From contig CANRDW010000001.1 in the NCBI GenBank assembly GCA_947629505.1, positions 7,750-71,749 on the forward strand: a DNA stretch of 64,000 bases, given 5' to 3'. Both the position numbers and the translations under genes were made by a program. Shown piece by piece: positions 43,931 through 58,900 of the stretch. Origin of the DNA: an uncultured Clostridia bacterium. Its GTDB lineage: Bacteria > Bacillota > Clostridia > Christensenellales > UBA1242. Below the pieces are notes generated by a model. It was given only the letters and a program-made list of their open reading frames with translations, had not been told where the DNA came from and did not search any database. Numbering within the stretch: position 1 is the stretch's first letter; each line of letters opens with the position of its first letter.

Positions 43931-46900
43931 TTATCTCTTTGAGAGTTCTTCTCTGCGCTTTTTCTTGTTGTGATTTACAACCATCAAAATCACAAGCAGT
44001 AAAACAATTCCAACCACGATGCCCACGATGAGATATACATACCAAAGAGATGTTTCACTTAAAATGATGCGTGCGTTTGCCGTCAAATTTCCAAACAAGC
44101 CGTCATTGTAAATTGGTGAATAGTCCGTCCTTGAAAGTTGAATGTTTTTGATTGTGTGATTGTTGAAGTTGAATTGTCCACCAAAACTGTTTTCAGCAGT
44201 TCCAATCGGCGTCCAGAATTTGTCTGCAAGGTCGAGGTCTGCCGTCAGCACATAACAAGCATCTTTATATCTTGCGCCACTTTCGTTGACTGCGCCAGAA
44301 TTTACAAGTTGCATCATTCGAGCAAGTTGTGAAAGATTTGAGATTTGATATGGATTTTTGATTGTGCCCTCGCCATCAAATATGACATCCAAAAGCACAT
44401 CGTCTTCCCACATAATTCTTGAATATTCAACAGTGAGTGAAATTGTGCCAATAATTGGCTCAACTTTGCTGTCACGATATTCTTTGCTGATCTCTATTCT
44501 TCCATTGTGATAAATCTCATCGATATCACTATAGACAAGTCCATAATTTTCAATAATAATGTTTGAAATCTTGTATTTTTGATTGAGTTGTGCCAAAATC
44601 ACAAGGTCTGCATCTCTGTCAACAGTCAAAACGCCAATCATTCCACCATTTACAGTTGTAAGTCTGCCCGCTGAAAGAACGCTGTTCAGGTCAATTGCGT
44701 TGTCAATAATCTGGTCATCTGCAAACTTTTCAGTGATGTAAACTGACAATATCTCATCGCGGAATGTCGGCAAAATTTGCAAAGTATCGTCACCTGCAAT
44801 ATTTCCAGAGAGCATCAAAGTGAAATAATATCTTTGATTTTCAAAGTGGTCTAAGGTCATGTTTGCTGGATTTTCCCAAACGACTGCAAAGCCACGCTCC
44901 ACATTCAAAACAAACTCAACTTTGTCACCTACATGCGCCCTGAATGTTGTCACATCTTTCACAAATTCACCAACATTGTTGTAATGTCCAAGTGAATAAG
45001 AAGTTTTAACATCATTCTTTGGCGTCACGTTGATTTGAATGATCTGCCCAAATCTTGCCTGATATTCGCTGAAATCCAAATCCACAGGCAATCCTTCCAA
45101 AACCATGATGAAAATAACATGTGTTTGGATTTGTTGTGTGATTGTCGCTCTGCCGCTTGTGTAACCTGTGCTCATGTTTGTCCAACTGATAAACTGATAA
45201 CCCTCAACCGCTTCGGCAGTCAGTGTGAATTGTTTTGACGTGTCAACATAAAATTTATTCAACAAAACAAGTGCTTGCGAGTTGCTGTCTTGCTGAGTGA
45301 TGCTTGCATTTGCTTCACCGCCGATAATTCTGATGTCAACTTGTGCAAAGTAAACAATTTGCACTTCGCATTCAACAAAGTTGTCAAGTTGATTGGTTGA
45401 CCATGGGGTGCGTTCGCTGTAAGAATATGCTGGGGCAAACCAATCGCCACCTGCAGGACGCTGATTGATTACAAAACGATAGAATGCAAAACCTGCAATT
45501 TCTGGTGCGTTGAAATAGATGTTTGTTCCAAAAGAAACTTCCATGTAAAGTGGCTGAGATGAATAATACCAAGAATTATACACATCCACGCCCGTGACGA
45601 TATCTTGTGCTGTGATGTTTGTTTGAATGTCAGGGATGATTGAGAATCTTATTCTTGTTTTAAGATAGCTCATGTAAAGATAAAGTGAAATTTCAACTTC
45701 TCCCGTCACTTCGTTGAAATGAGCGTTTGCACTTCTTTCATAAACTTTTGTCTGTTGATTGAAAGAATAGCCACTTTCTTGCCATGTCAAAAGCAAATTG
45801 CCGTCTGAGTCAAAATATCTCACTCCTGCACCTTTTGGCTGTGTGAAATAGCCCTCAAAGTTGAAGCCACTGCGTCTGACAATAATGTTGAGTTTTCCGC
45901 CAACAACAGAAAGTCCGTCCTCTTCAAGTTGGATGTCGCTGAGTTTTGTAAGGTCGATTATTCCTCCAAATTCCACATTTTTGATGGTTGCAAGCAAAGT
46001 TCCGCCGTCACTTTCCACTGTGCTTCCATCACGCAATTTAACTGTGTATGTTGAAGAATTTAACACAATTCTGATTTGTTGTGCGTGCAAGAATTTTGAC
46101 ACGTTGAAAGTCAACATTCCTGTGAAGCCAGATTCAAGAATTTGTGCTTCTGTAAATCTTGTGTAAGTTGCGCCCTCTTCAACAATGCCATTTTCATCTA
46201 CAATAACCAAATTTGAAGCATCATTTACATAATATCCAAGTTTAATGTAAGCTCGAACGACAAATCTGCTGTCTGTGAGTGCATAGACATTGACACGAGG
46301 CTCTCCATTGCCTGAGGTTGAAATCATGGAGTCATCCAAATCACTTGCGCCGGTCACTTCAAAGATTCCGCCCTCAACAACATTGCCTTTATCCTCAAAG
46401 GAGAGTTCAACCAAGTTCACGATAGGCTTAAACACAACATATAAATTTATTCTCTTGTCAATCGCCCCAACAAAGTTTGAAATTTGATAGATGGATGCAT
46501 CATTATTTGACTGTGTGATCATCACGCCATTTTCTGAGCAAACAATTCTGTCAAAAACATAGCCATCGCGCTGAACGACAACACGAATATAAACAAAATC
46601 GCCTGTGTAAGCAACAATTGAGAAATTGTGATAGTCAATCGCACCGTTGTTTTGATAGTGTGTTCGTGAGCCCTCGATGTAGCCATTTGCTTTAACTTCT
46701 TCGCCATTTTCACCAACAAGTTGTGCCATGCCAACGGTGTCATTGTTTTCACGGTTTGAATTTATGCTTATTTGAGTTTGAACATCAAATGTCACGCTGT
46801 AAGCAGAAACAACAAAGTAAATCTTAAACACGCCCTCACCGATGTTTTGAGTTGTGATGTTCACTTCAACAGTTCTTTCATTTCTTGCATCTTGGCTTAT

Positions 46901-49900
46901 ATACACAAAATTGTCATCCGTGCCATAATAGCCATAGCCAGCATAAACAAACCCTTGTGGAACATTGAACAACACAACTGCATTTGCTCCAAAATATATC
47001 TGAACATCTTGCAACTGTCTGCCGTCAATGTCAGTGTAAGTGCCGGCGGAAAGTCCGCGAAGTTCTGTGTAAATTGTTTGCATCTGCGAGCCAACTGAAA
47101 CATCGCTTCTGCTTAATGTTCCAAGAGAGAACATGTATTGTGATGCAGAGAAGATTGCATAGATTGTTTCATCTCTTTCAACTGTGTAGGCAAGTTGTTT
47201 GAGGTTGCTGAAAATTTCAATCCCGTCATGTGACCAGCCTGCAAAATAATAATTTGCCGCTTCAGTGTATGTGAATGTGACTGTGTTGTGATAGTCAGTG
47301 CTCACAGGCTCTGTGCCACCATCCACATAGGCAATGTTCCCATCAACAAAGACACGATCGTGATTGTTGTCCCAAGTGATGACTTCTGCTGAAATTGTGA
47401 ATTTTGCAGTTGTAGAGAAGATTGTCACCGTCCCGCTTTGGTTGATGTCTGAAAGGGTGATTTTATAAACGCCGTCTTCATAAAGCCCGCTGTCATCAAG
47501 CATTTCAGAATGTGTAAACTCGTCACTTTCCACGCTGCTGAAAGTGTAGCCATATTCAAATGTGACAAAGAATATAAAACTTTCACCTGTCACAACTTGG
47601 AATGGCTGCAAACTTTGAAGTGCTGAATAGGTTGTGCCACCAACAATGATGTTTTTGATTTGTGAAATTGTGTTGAAAGCAATTGTAACATCGTTTAGAC
47701 TGCGCTTTGTTGTAACATTGATTTCAATATCACTGTTTATGCTTTCAATTTCAATGACAAGTTGTTTTTCAACTAAACTTACAGATTTTGTGACGCCCTC
47801 AACAGAAATTGTTATGTCACTTTCAAATTCATAGCCTTTCTCTGCTGTGAGTGTGATTGTGAAGCGATTGTCTGTTGGAACATAGAACACATTTGCTGTC
47901 ACATCAATATCTTCACTTATGGTTGTGTTGTAAGCCTCAACAAGTGCGATGTTGTCGCCGTTTATTGTAACTCTGTTTGAGATTGGAATGATTGGAAGAG
48001 TGTATTCATAAACATCGCCTTCATAATTTGGCATTGTGAATGTTATGTTTGCGTTGGTGTTTGTGGCATCATCTGCAAACACAACTTCAAAATCTTCCGC
48101 CCATGTGGTTGAAAGCATATAGCCCGCCTCTGCTGACACTCTGAATGTGATTTTTTCGGCATATTCAACATTATCTGCTTGATATGTGTTTGTTCCGTCA
48201 AATTCAAAACTGTGAGAAGCGTCTTCCAATTCTGCATTTTCAACAACAAATTTGATTGTATATGTGTTAACTTCCCATTGCGCTGTCAGTGTGTGTGCTT
48301 CGGTGACAACGTTTTTATCTTCATCTATTAAAACGCCATCTTTATGCCAGCCTGCAAATTTAAAGCCATCACGTTTTGGATTTTTGTATGTATTCCAATC
48401 CTCACTTGAACTGTATGAAAGCCCATATTCCACAACGATTGTCACATTTTCAACATTATCATGGTTGAAGTTAAGTGTGACATTGATTTTTTGTCTTTCA
48501 AACGTTGGAACAAGAGTTATGGATGTGGACTGATTGTCTTCCTTGACAAGTTCACTTAAAAATTCGTCTGCCAAAGCAACATCATCACAGGTGTAACCCG
48601 TGTGCTGATAGCCTGTGCGCACTATATTTGGAAGAGAACTTGCTGCAAAGGTCTGCAAAGTGATGTAATCTGTATTCCATGTGTAAATCTTATCGTTTTC
48701 GTCATCCACAAAGGTTGAAGAAGAAAGTTCTGCATTGTCAAAGCCCACAAGAGAGATGTTGACTGCAACTTTTTGCACTGAAAATCTCACTTGCATTTGT
48801 GTATTTTCGGTGATTTTCATTTGAAGTTGCATGTCATATTCGCCGTCAGCATAAGTGATGTTGACGCCCTCAATTTCTTGTGCGTCTTTCCACTGCCCGT
48901 CTGTGAGAATATAGAAGCCAAAATAGAATGCGTGTGGATTTGCCTTTATTTTAACTGTAACGGCTGCGTTGTAACCAAATTCACCTGTGTAGTTGTCAGC
49001 GTCTGCGTTTTCATTGACACTCACAAGCCCAAGTGACAATTCTCGCCCATTTTCATCGGTGACTGTGACATCAAGTTGTGCTGTTGTCGCACTCCAATTA
49101 GGCTGGAAGTCAATTGTAATTTTTTCGTTTGATTTAAAGTAAAATTCTGGGAAATTTTCTGCGTCATTGACAAGCAATCTTATAAATTCCACTGTTTTGC
49201 TGTTGTTTGCAACATGGATTTTGTAAAGCCCCTCTGCCTCATTTGAACGCTCATCCAAAATAAGCCCTGCACTTGCAATCATCTCTTTCAGTTTGTCAAC
49301 TTTTGTTTGATTATCCACAATTTTAAAATCTATTGTCCAATAGTCAAAATCAAAGCCAGGATTGTCATAGAGCATGGTTGGGAAACTCCCCACCTTCGTT
49401 TTTTCGTCCATGGAATTGGATACAAGATTGTTTTGAGAAATAAATGGGAAGCCTATGCTTTTAAGTTGTGGCAAGCCATTTCGTTCTACATTTGAAACGA
49501 TAGGTTTTTCATAATTGAAGTGAATGTCGATTTCAATTGGATTGATTGCGCCATAGTCATAGTCCTCAAGCACATAGTTGTCTTTATCTTCACCTTTAAG
49601 GGTGAATTTCACTTTCTTTGGATTTCCAACTTTTGCATCTTCAAACGCCGCACTTAAAACTTGGACATCATCAAGTTGCAATCCGCCAGAAATGTTGAAG
49701 TTTGCCGCTCCGTCTGTGAATGCACCTTTGACATCCGCCGTTTCATCATAGGTTTTGACGAACATCTCATCAAAACTTGTGGTTGTTTCAACAAGTTGCA
49801 ATTGTTTTGGCTTGATTGTAAGTTTTGCAGAGAATGTGTCACTTTCAGCATTGTCCACAACATATTTTGTGGCAACAAAATCGGTGGCTCTGAAAGTAAG

Positions 49901-52900
49901 CATAAGGTCATATTGCCCTGCTGGCAAATTTCCAGAAGAACTCATCTCTCCATTATACTTATAATTAAGTCCAAGTTCCCACTGACGATGCTGATCTGTG
50001 TATTTTTTGACATCAAAACCCTCAAAGCCAAGGTCATATTCGATGAAACTGTTTAAATCAAATTCTTCGCCATATGTAAATGAAAGATTGTTGATGTAGA
50101 AGGTCACTTTGGCAAGTGTGATGCTTCCTGTCACAACTCTTTCAACCTTTTCCGCCGGCTCATCATCTGGCATTGCCAAATAATCTGGCAAGAAATAGTT
50201 GTCTTTATTTTCCCCATCCAATGTGATGGCAACTCGATAACCATCTCCAACAAATATTGCAGGATTTGTGCACTCGTCATCTGTAAAGAATCTAACCGTT
50301 GCTGAAACGCCATCTTCCACGGTGAGATTTTGGAAAAGTTCGCTTGCATCGGCATATTCATAAACTGCATCTTGGAAATTAAACGGCTTTTCAATCTTTG
50401 TGGCAAATTCTTCTTTAAGTTGCAGTTCAATTTGTGAAATGGTGAAAGTGAATGCATAACGCGTTCCGTCTTTGCCTAATTTCACATCGTGAGTGGAAGA
50501 AGTTGCACTTAAGGCTTGAATGTAATAATCCCCGCGCTGTTTAATGAGTGGATAACTCAAAAATTGAAGTGTGGCTTGGAAGCCAATTATGTCAAAATCC
50601 TCGTCAACCTTTTTATATTCTCCTCCCTCATAATAGAAAAATCCAAGTTCCTTTTCAAGCGGCGTTGAAAGTCCAGAAGTGTGAGAAATTGTCAGATAAT
50701 ACTCGTCACCTTTTGTCGTCAATTCCACTTTGTTGTATTCAAAGCCGTTGTAACGCTCTTCAAATATTGTTGTGCCATCATCAAAGAGAACAAACACTCT
50801 GTCGCTTTGGCGTGTGATTTGGAATGCACCCCTTGCAGATCTGTCGTTGACGCTTAATGTGTAGTTTGAATCTTGACACTCAAAATCTGTTGAATGGATT
50901 CTGTAAAACCCAATCGAAGAGCCCTCATCACGCTTTAAAATCACCTCAAAAGTTTCCCCAAGTGTGCTTGTCATGGTGTAAGTGTATGTGTCGCCTCGCG
51001 CTGCCGCAGTGCCATAGCCCACACTTATCACGCCGTTGTTTTCAAACACAAGCGATTGTGCAAGCGCTGTCACAGTGATTGTAAATGATGTTTCTTGAAT
51101 GGTGTAATAATCATTCTCCCCGCTTACTTTAATTGTGTATTGCCCCACATCCAAATATTTTTTCAAAGAAGATGTGTATTTTGCATTTTCAATTTCAACA
51201 TCAACAGAATATTGTGTTGATGAAAGCGCCCTGCCACCAGATGTGACACTGAATGGAAATTCATAGGCTGAAATGTTGTTTATTTGCCCATATGTGTATT
51301 CAAGTTTTGAAAGTGTGACGATTGCAGTTGCTTGTCTGATTATTCCGTTTTCAACACTTGATGCTGAAAGTGTGTAATTCTTTTTGTCAACACCATTCAA
51401 ATAAAGGTCGACATGTTTGCCCACATCAATGTTTGGATTGTCAAATCTTGCAAGAATTGAAACATCTTCGCCCGGAATCTTTTCTGTAAATTCTCTGATT
51501 GTCACATCTCTTGAACCGTCATAATCTTTTTGAACATTCAAAGATTCGACGTCAATTACAATTTCTGTGATTTCAAACGCATAACTTTCAGCAAAAATCA
51601 CATTGGCGTAACTGCTGCCTTGTTTACTTATTGAAAGGTTGTATTTGCCAACAGCAAGCATTTCCCCGCTGACGCTTATTGTTATTGTCCCCAAAGATGA
51701 TAGGTCTTCAATTGGTGTTTCATTTTCTCCATCTGCCTTTGCGAAATATTTGACTGTGAAAGTTTTGAAATCTGCGCCATTTTTGCTTAATTTAAGTGTG
51801 GAATTGTCATCCATGCTGAACTGATAACTTTCTTTTGAATAGACAACTTTGAAGTTGTTTGTATTAAATGTGTCAACCCCTTGGTCAACAATTCTTGCAT
51901 AGACAATTTCAGTTGCAATCACAACGCCAAGTGCGCCGTTGTTTTCATTGATTGTAACAACAACGCTGTCATTTAAGAAACTGTCATTTTCAAGTTGCAA
52001 ATCATAATTGCCACTTGAAAGTGTTTCGCCTGCCGCGTGGTCTTTGACAGTGTATTGCAAATTCAACACTTCACCCGTGGAGAGAGTTATTGTGTCACTG
52101 TAACTTGCTGCAACTTGATCCAAGACAGTGATGACAACAAAATTCTTTGGAAGATTTCTTGGAAGTTGCAACACATCCACATCAAAAGTGATTGTGTTGA
52201 CTTGCATGACAAAATCTTGGAATGTGTATTTTGGCGTGAGAGTGTAAGTGCCTTTAAACAAATATCCTTTCTCACTTACAGTTTCTGCATCATGTTGAAT
52301 TTCCAAAGAGTAATAGCCCTCACTGAGCCAACTTGTGACTGTCTTTTCATCCGCAGTTTTGATATCTTTTATCTTCACAAAGTCATTCATTATAAGATTT
52401 GAAACATTTACAATTCCATAAGTGAAATGTGAGGCAACTGTGCTTTCATATTTTTGTGTGTCAATTTCAAGCGTCATTGTGGCGGAAAGTGGCTTCACTT
52501 CCCAATCAGTATAATTTGCGCTGAGTTCATAATTTGTGAGTTTTTCTTCTTCGCCCGCTTGTTTTAAAGTAAGTTCAACTCTCACGCTCGGCCCAGCATG
52601 CACTGAAGAATAGGCCGCCTGAATGTAAAGCCCGCTGTATTCGTTTGGATCTATTGCTTCGCCCGTGAGGCTTATGTTTGCAACATCATCATTGTCAAAA
52701 GTTTTTGTGTAAGTGATTTTTGAAACATCGATCTTTTTTTTGATGATTTGGAACTTATAATCCAAACTAATTTCAACATTTTGATAATAATTTGAAAGAT
52801 TTTCGCCGTTTGAAATTGAATAGTTGTAGGTTTCACAATCTTCCGCCGTTTCAAAAGTTGTGTCAGAGATGATAAAGCGAATTGTTGCATCAAACTTTGT

Positions 52901-55900
52901 TTTCAAAATTGCCAAAACTTTTTCAGAAAGCCCGCCATCATTCAAAACAAGTGTAATCTGATGTTTGACTTCATTTGCCTGTTTAATCTGTAAAACAAAA
53001 TTCTCTTCAACAACCAAGATGTCCACTGTAAAGCCGCCTTTGACATATTCTTCTTCACAAACGGCTGGCTCGCCAGCAATGTATGCAATTTTAAGCGTGT
53101 CGCTCTTTGTGATTGTAAATGTGCCAACAGAATTTGAAAGTGCTTCCGGCTTTATCTCCCCGTCAAAGATGATAACGCCATTTGATTTGAAAATATAGTT
53201 GCCTTTAAATGCTTCGCCTACATCTGCAAGATAAAGCGCGCTGTCGCCAATATCTTCACTTGGGTCGCTTCCGCGTGTGAGCGTGAGTGTTATGTTTTCA
53301 ACAAGTGCGTTTTCACCTCTCACCGCATAATTCATCTCAAGTGATGGGTCGCTTGTGCCAAATGCCTTTGTGCTTGTGAAAGAATTATTTAAATCAACTT
53401 CTCTTTTGTTTATCTCAAATTGGAAAGTTTTTGTGATGCTTTCATCACATTCAAATTTTTTGTCATCAATTAAAAGGTTGATTGTGTAAGTGCCTGCATT
53501 TCTCACCGCTTCCGCTTCATGTCCGTTTAACATTATTTGAAGTGGAATGAAATCCGCATGTGAGATTGAAAGCTGACGCAAAATTTGTTCACTGTAATCC
53601 ACCATATCCCAAACACGATATAAAACAGTGATTGTGATTTCATTGGCGTGATCTCTCGCATCATAAGTGATTGGCTGTGAAGTAAATTCAACGCTGTCAA
53701 TAATATTTTTGATAAACTCAATTGAAAAGTCAACATTGACAGAATATTCTTTTGGCGAATTTATGTCCAAACAAGGATAAAATTCTTCACGCAAAGTTGC
53801 AACTATTTGAAGTTTAAATTTTCCGCCATCTTCAGTGCTTCCGCCATTTTCAAATTCAAGAGTGTTGGTGTCGCTTACTTTTACATAATCTTCGCCAACA
53901 AGTTTTTGCCATACATATGAATATGTAAACATCTCTTCGTTTAAGTTGTAAAGATAAACAACATCGTTGAAAGTCAATGCATCATATGCTCCAACAGGCA
54001 ATTTTTCATTTTCGATGAGTTGGATATAGTCGATTTGTGTGCTTATTGACCACTTGCAAGAGAACACAACTTTTTGATATCTGTTGTCATCTTTAAGCCC
54101 AACAAAGATTCCGTCTTCACTGCGAAACAACATATCTCTGTTCTGGGAAATGTTGTATTCATTTCCGTTTACAATCAAAAACATGCTTGAACATTGCCCC
54201 ACGCCAATTTCATATGGCCAAGTGAGTGAATCATATGTGCTGCTTCCAAGTTTAAGGTTTCCGGTGTCTGAGGTGTTTTCTGTGTAAGTTGAAGGGAAAT
54301 TGAAATTGTATTCCACAAGCACAAGGTCTGTGAATATTGCAAAATAATTCTTTTGTGCAAGTTCGCCCTCTTCTTTCCCTTCTTCAAGTTGAGCGCGTGA
54401 GAAAGAAATAGTGTCGCTGCTTTCCATTGTTCCGTCCACATTGTAAACTTGACTTTCGCTCCACTTGTAAAGGCTGGCATATTCATGCCCTGTCAAACGC
54501 ATTTGTCTTGTTGATACAACAACTTCTGTGACAAATTCGTTTAAATAGATTAAAATTTGATTTGAGTTGTTTCTTTCAATTTGATAGAGTTGCACTCTTT
54601 CGTCAGTTTCTGTTTCGTGCATTCCAATTGTAAAGGCTTCTGGATTGTCAATTGGATTGATTGTGACTATGTCGCCACTGAGTGAATATGAAAGACTTAA
54701 AATGTAAAGTATGTCCTCATCGACATCCATAAAGGTTGTGTTGTTGCTGCTGTCCAGAGTCAAATATTTTGCGTCAACACTTAAACTTGCAACTCCTTCA
54801 ACTGACAAAATTGTAAACAAATCTGTTTTATCAAGCACAATTGTAAAGTTTCTGGAAATGTTCAGTGTGTCGCCATCTCTTGTTGCGATTTGAACACTGT
54901 CAAAGAAGAGATAATTTTTCTTGTCGGCAAAGGTGTATGCCCCAACATCTCTTCCATTTGAATAAAGCCTTGCGCTGATGTATATTCCATCGTAATTGTA
55001 ATAGGTTGTGCCATTGTTTTCATAGGTTTCATAGCCTAAACTGAAGTTCACTTCTCTGTTGGTGTAATATTGTGAGTAATAAACAGAAGGATTTTGAATT
55101 TGATTTTTTAAAGTCAACACTTGTGGCATAACATAGCCGCTTCCAAGCACAAAATACCATCCATCATCACTGTATCTGAGATTGTAGTTTGCTGTGTTGT
55201 CATCTTCTTCAACATACACGCGCACATCATAAAGGGTGTATGGCAAAACATTGTATATCAAAGATTGTAAAACAACTTTTGTTGGTGTGAGATTTGTGTT
55301 TTCTATGCCATTTGCTTTAATTGTGATGCCCGACAAATATTCTTCAAGATTTATGGTTGTTGTTGGATTAAAGTAGTCAAAATAAGTGAAAAGTTTTAAA
55401 CTGTTGAGTCTGGTTGACACTGTTGATTCATGCAACTGTTTATATTCAAGATAATTTGCATAAGTCCATGTTTTGTAGGTGTTGTAATCATTTGCAAGGT
55501 TTGTTGTTGAAAGCAAATAATATTTGATCATAATGTATTCATAAACTTGCATGTCTTCCACATCAACAAAGTTCTCTGCGCCCTCATAGGCTTTGTATTT
55601 TGACACAACTGTCGCCAAATCCTGTCCTTTAACAATCCCCGCTGCTTCCAAATCCACAAAAGGCTCTATGATTTTGACAATGTTTTGTGCGTAGATGTTG
55701 TTGTTTAAACTCTCTTCAGTCAAAATGTTTGCTTGGTCAACTGTGACAGAAAGTGTAAATGAGAATCTTCTGACTTCGCCCAAATTGAAAATTTCGGCTT
55801 GGTCTGTTAAAACAATTTCAAATCTTATCTGATAATCTCCCGCTTCTTGCACAACAAAGAAATCTCTAAATCCTTCTTGCAAATCCCCGTTCAACATAAG

Positions 55901-58900
55901 TGACAGGCTTGTATCCTCAACTGACAGTGAAATTTCAAAGCCCTCTTTCAGTGCACTTATTGTGATGTTTGTTGCTGTGACATTTTCTTCTGCAAAGAAA
56001 TCTGCAAAATAAACATTTTGGTCGCTTGCAGTGTAAACTAAATCTTCATGTTGGGTGTTTTGCAAAGCGAGTGTGAAATATGTTAAATCAACACGCCATC
56101 TTGCATAAAGAGTGAGTGCTGGCATCTCTGCTGGATTTGTGAAAGCGCCAAATTGGAAGCCTAACAAATTTGAATCGAAGATTGTGGTTGATGTTATTCT
56201 TTGCAAAATGGTGTCATCCACTCCGTTTATGACATAAAAGCCGTCAAACAAATAGCCCGGTCTGGAAATAATCTGATTGATCAGCGTTCCGTCATCATTT
56301 AACACTCCTGCAAAAGTTCCGCCATAATAAATTGAATAGGTTTTGGATGTTTCTCCGATTGTGTCTGTGCCACTGTTGAAATTAACAACAATGTTGTATT
56401 GATTTGGCGCCCAAACTGCTTGCAAAACAAGGTTGTTTGGATTTTTGTAAATGCCATGTGAGAAATATGTGTCATCATCTACAAGGTTACCATCTTTGTC
56501 AAAGATTTTTTTGCCGTCAACTCCCCAGCCATCAAAAGTGTAGCCATTTCTTGTGACATTGACAGGAATTTCCCAATCACGCGCATTTGAATCATATTCC
56601 ACTTGAATGCGTTTGAAAGAATCATCATCTGTAAATCTGCCGTTGTTTGGCTGGAAAGTTATGCTGTAAGTGTTTGGCTGCCAATCAATGTAGAAATGCA
56701 CTTCGCCGCTTGTCCCTTTGAAATCATACATATCTGGAATGAGGCTGAGTTGTGAATATAAAATGCTTCCAGATGAAACGCTTTCGTCAAGGCTTCCTTT
56801 TTTGCAAGTCCATCTCCAATAATTTTGATTTGGCTTTGTGTAGCCCACTCTTGAATAGAAATATTGGTCAATTGTAACTTGAGAATCAGCAAGGTCAACA
56901 AGGTAAGTGTTCAGATAGATTGTGGATGCTGGATTTTCAATTGTCACTGTGTTTGCAGTTGTTTCTGTTCGAGAATTTGAATTGACAGTTCCATTCATTT
57001 GGTCGCCATATAAATTTCCTGAATCTCCCGTGCCAGAATGGAAAACTAAGGTGATTGTCTTTTTCTTTAAAATTGGCGAAATGTAAATCTGCCTTGTGGT
57101 GGATGTGCTGACGTCATTTTTCAAAATATATTGCAACGCATCGTCAACAGAAAATGCGTCCCATTTTGAAACATCCACATTTTGAAGTTCATCTTCTTTT
57201 CTGACGAATTTGTTTTCATCTTCACTTATGTTCAAAACATTTCCGCCACTACCAATCAACCTGTAGCCCGCAATGTAATAATATTTATAATCTCTGCCGC
57301 CAAGATGAATGTCTAAGCTTGTTTGATTTGAATTTTGTGTGTTGTAGTCATAATCTGCATCGCCTGTCACTGAGAATGTAAGTTTCCCTGATTCAAATCT
57401 TTCAGAATCTCCACTTTCGCGAGTTTCTAAAATTGTGTAATATCTATAGCCCGAAATTTGCGCTCTTTTCACAGTGTAAACTGCTGAAATTGCAAGTTTT
57501 CTTGTAATTTCTTCTGAATTTTCAACATATTTTACATATTCTCCATATCTTCCCTGATTTAAACTGAAAGAAAGGTTTCTTGCGCTGGAAATGATGTTTG
57601 AATTGTTTGTAAAATCTTCTGCTTCGTCTAAATTCCAACCCTTAAACACAAAGCCATTGTTTGCGTCAAGTGATGTTGAAGCGGTGATTGGAGTGTCATA
57701 TAAAACTTGCCCGACTTCTGTTGCTTCCACTTTGTCTTTTGCTTCCTTTTTGGCTTCTGCGTCATTAGTACTGTCCAAAAATGCCACACTTGTTTGAATG
57801 CCGCTTTCTGTGACATAGTCAATTTTGTTTCCGTCAACATCGACAAACACATTTCTCACGCTCACCTTGTAATTTACTTTTTGGCATACAACTGAAAGTT
57901 TGTAAAGTCCCGGCTGCCAACCCGTGGCGGGGTCAAAATTGCCATTTTCATCTATTCCTGCGTTATAACGCAATTCAAATGAATTGGCTGATTTCTTCAG
58001 TAAATCAAAAAAATAATCTCCATTTGAACTATTGAAACGAGAACTATAATCTCTAAACTCTTCACTATCACTGTAGTTGTAAGCCAAATTTTCAAATTTC
58101 AAAGTGTAATTTTCTGTTGTGTCGTTGTAAAGGGCATAATCTTTTAAAACTTCATAATAGTTTGTGTCTGTAAATGTTATTGCGATTGTTCCAATAGTAT
58201 TTATATCAAATTCTGAGGAATTCAAACTATATGTTGGAGCATTGTTTTGAATTGGAACTAAATTCCCCTCTTTGTCTTTTTCAACAAATTCAACATTTAA
58301 ATATGCCTTAGTAAAAGTTGAAAAGGCTTTAAATTCTGCGGAATCCTCATCTCTGCGCATTTTTTCAAATGTCACCAAAACTTTAGAAAAATTATTTGGC
58401 TCGCCAATAAGTGCCTGAATTTTAGGGTTGTCAGTTGCGCCATCATAACTGATTGTAATTGGTGGAGCATCCTCCCCTGTGGCCTGTGAATCTAAGATGA
58501 ACAGGAAATTTGCCAGCGCCATATAATCCATAGATCTATATTCGCTGGTCTTTGTAATATATGTGTAATCAAACACAGATTTTTCATTTTGTTTAATGGA
58601 AATTCTAAAGCCACTTTGATTGCTGCCATCTATATTTGTTTCTCTTGTTTTACTCCAAGAATAATCTTTTCTTCCTGTTTCAGTTGCAAAATAAAATTGT
58701 CCACCAGCCGTTTCACCAGCCGTTCCAAATGTGAAAGAGATTTTGTCATGGCTTTTATTAGAGAAAAGTATTTGATTTCCCACAAAATCAAAGCCAACAT
58801 AAAGGTCTTGCGTTTCGCTCAGTTTTTGTGCCAAATCTTCGGTTGCCAAACTTATCAAATCAACATATTGTGACCCACTTAAAATTCTAACATTTGATGA

